Shown here in pieces: positions 60,635 to 64,000 of a stretch of DNA of 64,000 nucleotides. The notes beneath the pieces are model-generated. The model was not told where the DNA came from. It did not search any database and saw only the letters and a list, made by a program, of their open reading frames with translations. The stretch lies in contig NC_135802.1 in assembly GCF_964213995.1 (NCBI RefSeq), forward strand, positions 18,228,001 to 18,292,000, in the 5' to 3' direction. The first letter of the stretch is position 1. Each line of letters begins with the position of its first letter. The stretch is from Mustelus asterias. Its lineage: Eukaryota. Made by a program: the position numbers and the translations under genes.

Positions 60635-61822
60635 ACAATCACATAATTGCTACAGGGCAAAACAAGGCATTACAGTCCATTGTCTGCACTTGCTCTCTGA
60701 AGGAGCAATTTACTTAATACCACTTCCCTGCCTTCTACCAGTAGCCCCACACATTCGTCCTTTTCAGATTAATCCAATTCCCTCTTTAATACATTGATTC
60801 TTATGGCCGCCACAATATAGGCAGTGTCCAGATCCTAACAACCACTCACGCATGGAAAATTTTTCATGTCACTGCTGCTTCTTTAGCCAATTCATTTAAA
60901 TCTGTGTCCTCTGGTTCACAATCCTTTGATCAACGGGAACAGGTTTTCTCCATCAGCACAAGACCCTCCATGATTTTGAACACGTCTGTTAAATCTCCTC
61001 AACCTTCTCTTGTCCAATGAAAACAATGCCAACTTCTCCAATCTCTCAATGTAACCATTTATCATCCCTGGAACTATTCTCGTTGACCTTTTCCGCATTT
61101 TCTCTAATGCCTTCACATTCTAAGGTGCTGCGCCCAGACTGGATGCAATACTATAAGTTAGGCTGAACCACTGGACTTACAAGTTTAACATAACTTCCCT
61201 GTTTTTATTGTCTGTGCCCTGATTAATAAAACCGAGGATACTGTATGTTTTATTAACCATGCTCTCAAACTGTCCTGTCACCTTCAATAACTAATACACA
61301 GAGGTCCTGCTACTCCTGCACTCTCTTTAGAATTATGCCCTTTATCTTGTGTTGTCTCAGTGTTATTCCTACCAAAATGAATCACTTCACACTTCCTTGC
61401 ATTAAGTTTTATCTCCTACTTATCCACCAACCTGTATGTGTCCTTTTGAAGTTCTACACTATCCTCCTCATAATTCACAATACTTCCAATTTTTGTATCA
61501 TCTGCAAATTTGGAAATTATGCCCTGTACACCAAGGTCTGGAGCATTAATATATAATCAGGAAAAACAAGGGTCCCAACATTGACCCCTACCAAACTCCA
61601 CTCCACACATCCTGAAGATCCCTGTACTTCCTGACTATTCCAACTCTTCCTGATGGCCACTTACCTGCTATCCTAAGCTCTTACAGCCTACAGGATGGCC
61701 ACCTCTCAGAATGTACGATCCATCCAGGGAACTATCATCTTCTGGCTAATGTTCCGCAGTGACTCCAGTTGCCCCACAAGCTCGGAAATCCTGAGCTCGA
61801 GTTCAAGCAGCAGGAGATACCT
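60635..61822 (-). mobile_element. Degenerate CR1: RT 3' part joined to an ORF1 leucine-zipper remnant (about 61615-61822)
   Basis: ORF 60916..61116 has CR1 motifs. Minus strand LLLELELRISELVGQLESLRNI resembles the CR1 ORF1 zf/lz region. Confidence 0.72.
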
Positions 61823-61897
61823 CAATTTTCTTTTTCTCTCATGAACACAAACACAGAATTAGTTTTAAAAACTTGCTGTTCTGTGATCAAATAATCT

Positions 61898-61987
61898 CTT
61901 TGTCTGTATAGTGGGCAAGAAACAATACACAAAAATAAATCAAATCAAATTCAAATCAAATACTAGAGTGAGAAGGCTCGTTACAGA
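61898..61987 (+). repeat. Exact 90-bp copy of 63151-63240
   Basis: Base-by-base identical: ctttgtctgtatagtgggc...gaaggctcgttacaga. Confidence 0.95.
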
Positions 61988-62328
61988 CCACAGTAGACCA
62001 TTCAGCCCACCATGCCTGTGTCACCTCTTGTAAGTCAGAATTATGCACTCCTCAGACTAGACTATTGCCTGCATTAACCCATCAGCTGCTGACCTCAGCC
62101 AAGATGCCGAACTTCCCTACCAGCAACAGCAACTTTATTGGTTGTTTTTGAAGTCTGCTCGTACTGCTTTAAAAGGTTGTTGTGAAGAAGCTACTTATCA
62201 AGTGTGACAAGTTAAAACATTTACATCAGGATTCTCAACAAATACAGGTGTTTGCAATTAGCTTCAGCATATCTACATAATAAAACTATTCAAAATTCTG
62301 TTTGCCTCACAAGTATTGTCACAGAACA

Positions 62329-62443
62329 GGGCTGGGAGCCTCCGGGTGCCGCTAAAAGTGAATGGAGCTTTGGCTGGAACGCTAACTTCTCCGTTCTCAC
62401 TTGCAAGCGGGGTGGGCTAAGACGAGATCGGAGAATCCAGCCC
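62329..62443. mobile_element. MITE (PIF/Harbinger-like)
   Basis: Terminal inverted repeats GGGCTGG...CCAGCCC and the shared core gtgaatggag.tttggctgg. Confidence 0.68.
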
Positions 62444-62849
62444 TACATATTTCAGGGAGATGATTACATGTTAAGCTCTCTGGTTCAGATTTACTGCTCT
62501 GAAACTTTTAGAAATTAGTAATGTAAATTACATTTGATTTTAAAAAAAATATAAGTCATTTTGAAACAGAAAACAACAGAGGAATCTTCCTACAGTATGA
62601 AAAGTTATTGCTTGCACTTACACAAACATCATGAACCCATGATGGGTCAATCACAGCTCATGCTCATACACTGCCACAACAAAATTATAATTCTATAAAT
62701 AAATTACTGCGGAACATACAATTGAGTGGTGCTAGGAGAGACAGAGAAGGCATGATCTACCTCCAATTAGGATTGAGGTTTTGTCATAGTCCTAAACTTC
62801 AAAAAATTCACTGAAGCTTAACCATCTGAAATTCCTTATCCTCCTAACA

Positions 62850-63214
62850 TATTGCAAACCAGCCTCCCATCCATTGACTCTGTCTACCCTTCCCGCTGCC
62901 TCGGCAAAGCAGTCAGCATAATTAAGGACCCCATGCACCTCGCACATACTCTCTTCCACCTTCTTCCGTCGGGAAAAAGATACAAAGGTCTGAGGCCACG
63001 TACCAACCGACTCAAGAACAGCTTCTTCCCTGCTGCTGTCAGACTTTTGAATGGACCTACCTCTCATTAAGTTGATCTTTCTCTACACCCTAGCTATGAC
63101 TGTAACACTACATTCTGCACTCTCTCCTTTCCTTCTCTATGGACGGTATGCTTTGTCTGTATAGTGGGCAAGAAACAATACACAAAAATAAATCAAATCA
63201 AATTCAAATCAAAT
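62850..63214 (+). mobile_element. Rex1/Babar-type LINE 3' end
   Basis: ORF 62852..63070 ...IIKDPMHLAHTLFHLLPSGKRYK...RTNRLKNSFFPAAVRLLN, typical of the Rex1/Babar RT C-terminus; (AAATC)n tail. Confidence 0.85.
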
Positions 63215-64000
63215 ACTAGAGTGAGAAGGCTCGTTACAGAACTCTCAAGTGAAGATGGTACCGATGCAATCCAATAGAGTAAACAGATTTCATTCTGGCT
63301 GTTTTCCTTTTATATAAAATCTGGAAAACCTAATCAGGAGAAGCCAAGCATAAAACCTGAACTTCCCCGAGCCTCTAAATTGTAGCTAATCTTATATTGC
63401 CCTTTAAAATTTTGTCTGATTATGGAAAATGCAATTTTAATCCTCAATCTCATTCCGATTTCTGATGACACATAGGACAGTCACATTAATTATCCTCAGT
63501 CTGCAACTATCAATAAATCTCCTCTTGGAAAAGGCTGCTACGTGGGATACAATCTAAATGCACAGCAGTTGCCCACTGCTGAGCTGCATTCAGCCTGCCT
63601 TCAGTTTAACCAAATATATTTCTAACAGGAGGCAAAAAGAATTCATAACATATTGCCTACCTCCCCAGCTGAACAAGTTACCACATTGGGGTGGAATGCA
63701 GAAATGGGGGAGAAAAGTTAGGCCAGAAAAATCTCAGCATGCAAGATAACATGGCGTACCAAGAGCTGTTTTGCAGGGGGGAGTTAGCGTATTAATAGGA
63801 AGTGGTAAAATTAGATGGAAAATTAAACTAGCATGAATCTGAAGATTTCAGGATGAATCTGCACAACAGAGCAATGTGTATGTAGAATGGACCAAGACAT
63901 CTCATGTCAGCAATGCCATCTTTAGTCTCTCGAAAGCCAAATGTAGCTAGACGCAAAATAAACATGTTTTCTTTACTAAAGTATTTTCGAGTCACAAACA

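Noticed and set aside
55000-64000. KMT2C large exon ~14 (ending KFSPGRPRSKQ)
   Set aside because: No long minus-strand ORF or matching motif here; it must lie beyond the window.
1-64000. CRISPR array, operon or prokaryotic defence/retron system
   Set aside because: The sequence is vertebrate intron-exon DNA; no regularly spaced repeat-spacer array exists, and all RT fragments are non-LTR retrotransposons.

Overview
This is eukaryotic genomic DNA, most likely from a shark or ray, judged from HE1/V-SINE-type SINEs and abundant CR1 LINEs. The whole window lies inside one large minus-strand gene, the H3K4 methyltransferase KMT2C (MLL3). I traced 14 GT-AG exons equivalent to human exons ~15-28 (1873 nt, phases consistent). 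They encode the basic GRG-rich linker, the second PHD cluster (PHD4-6) and the following KPYRPGIGGFMVRQR and EAFFGK segments. A further 48-nt in-frame exon sits at 3016-3063. The gene start and end are outside the window. Introns are full of mostly 5'-truncated, often nested retroelements: CR1, tRNA-derived SINEs, Penelope-like elements (one with an apparently intact minimal hammerhead ribozyme), Rex1/Babar, L2, and small Harbinger-like MITEs. I found no new multi-gene system. The best leads concern splicing regulation and repeat structure: an RBFOX/UG-flanked cassette exon with a competing stop-creating acceptor, a LINE tail that appears to supply a constitutive exon's branch-point region, two cryptic exon candidates, and several templated-insertion signatures. 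Exon coordinates were counted by hand. Repeat boundaries are approximate, and family names and human comparisons are from memory, not database searches.
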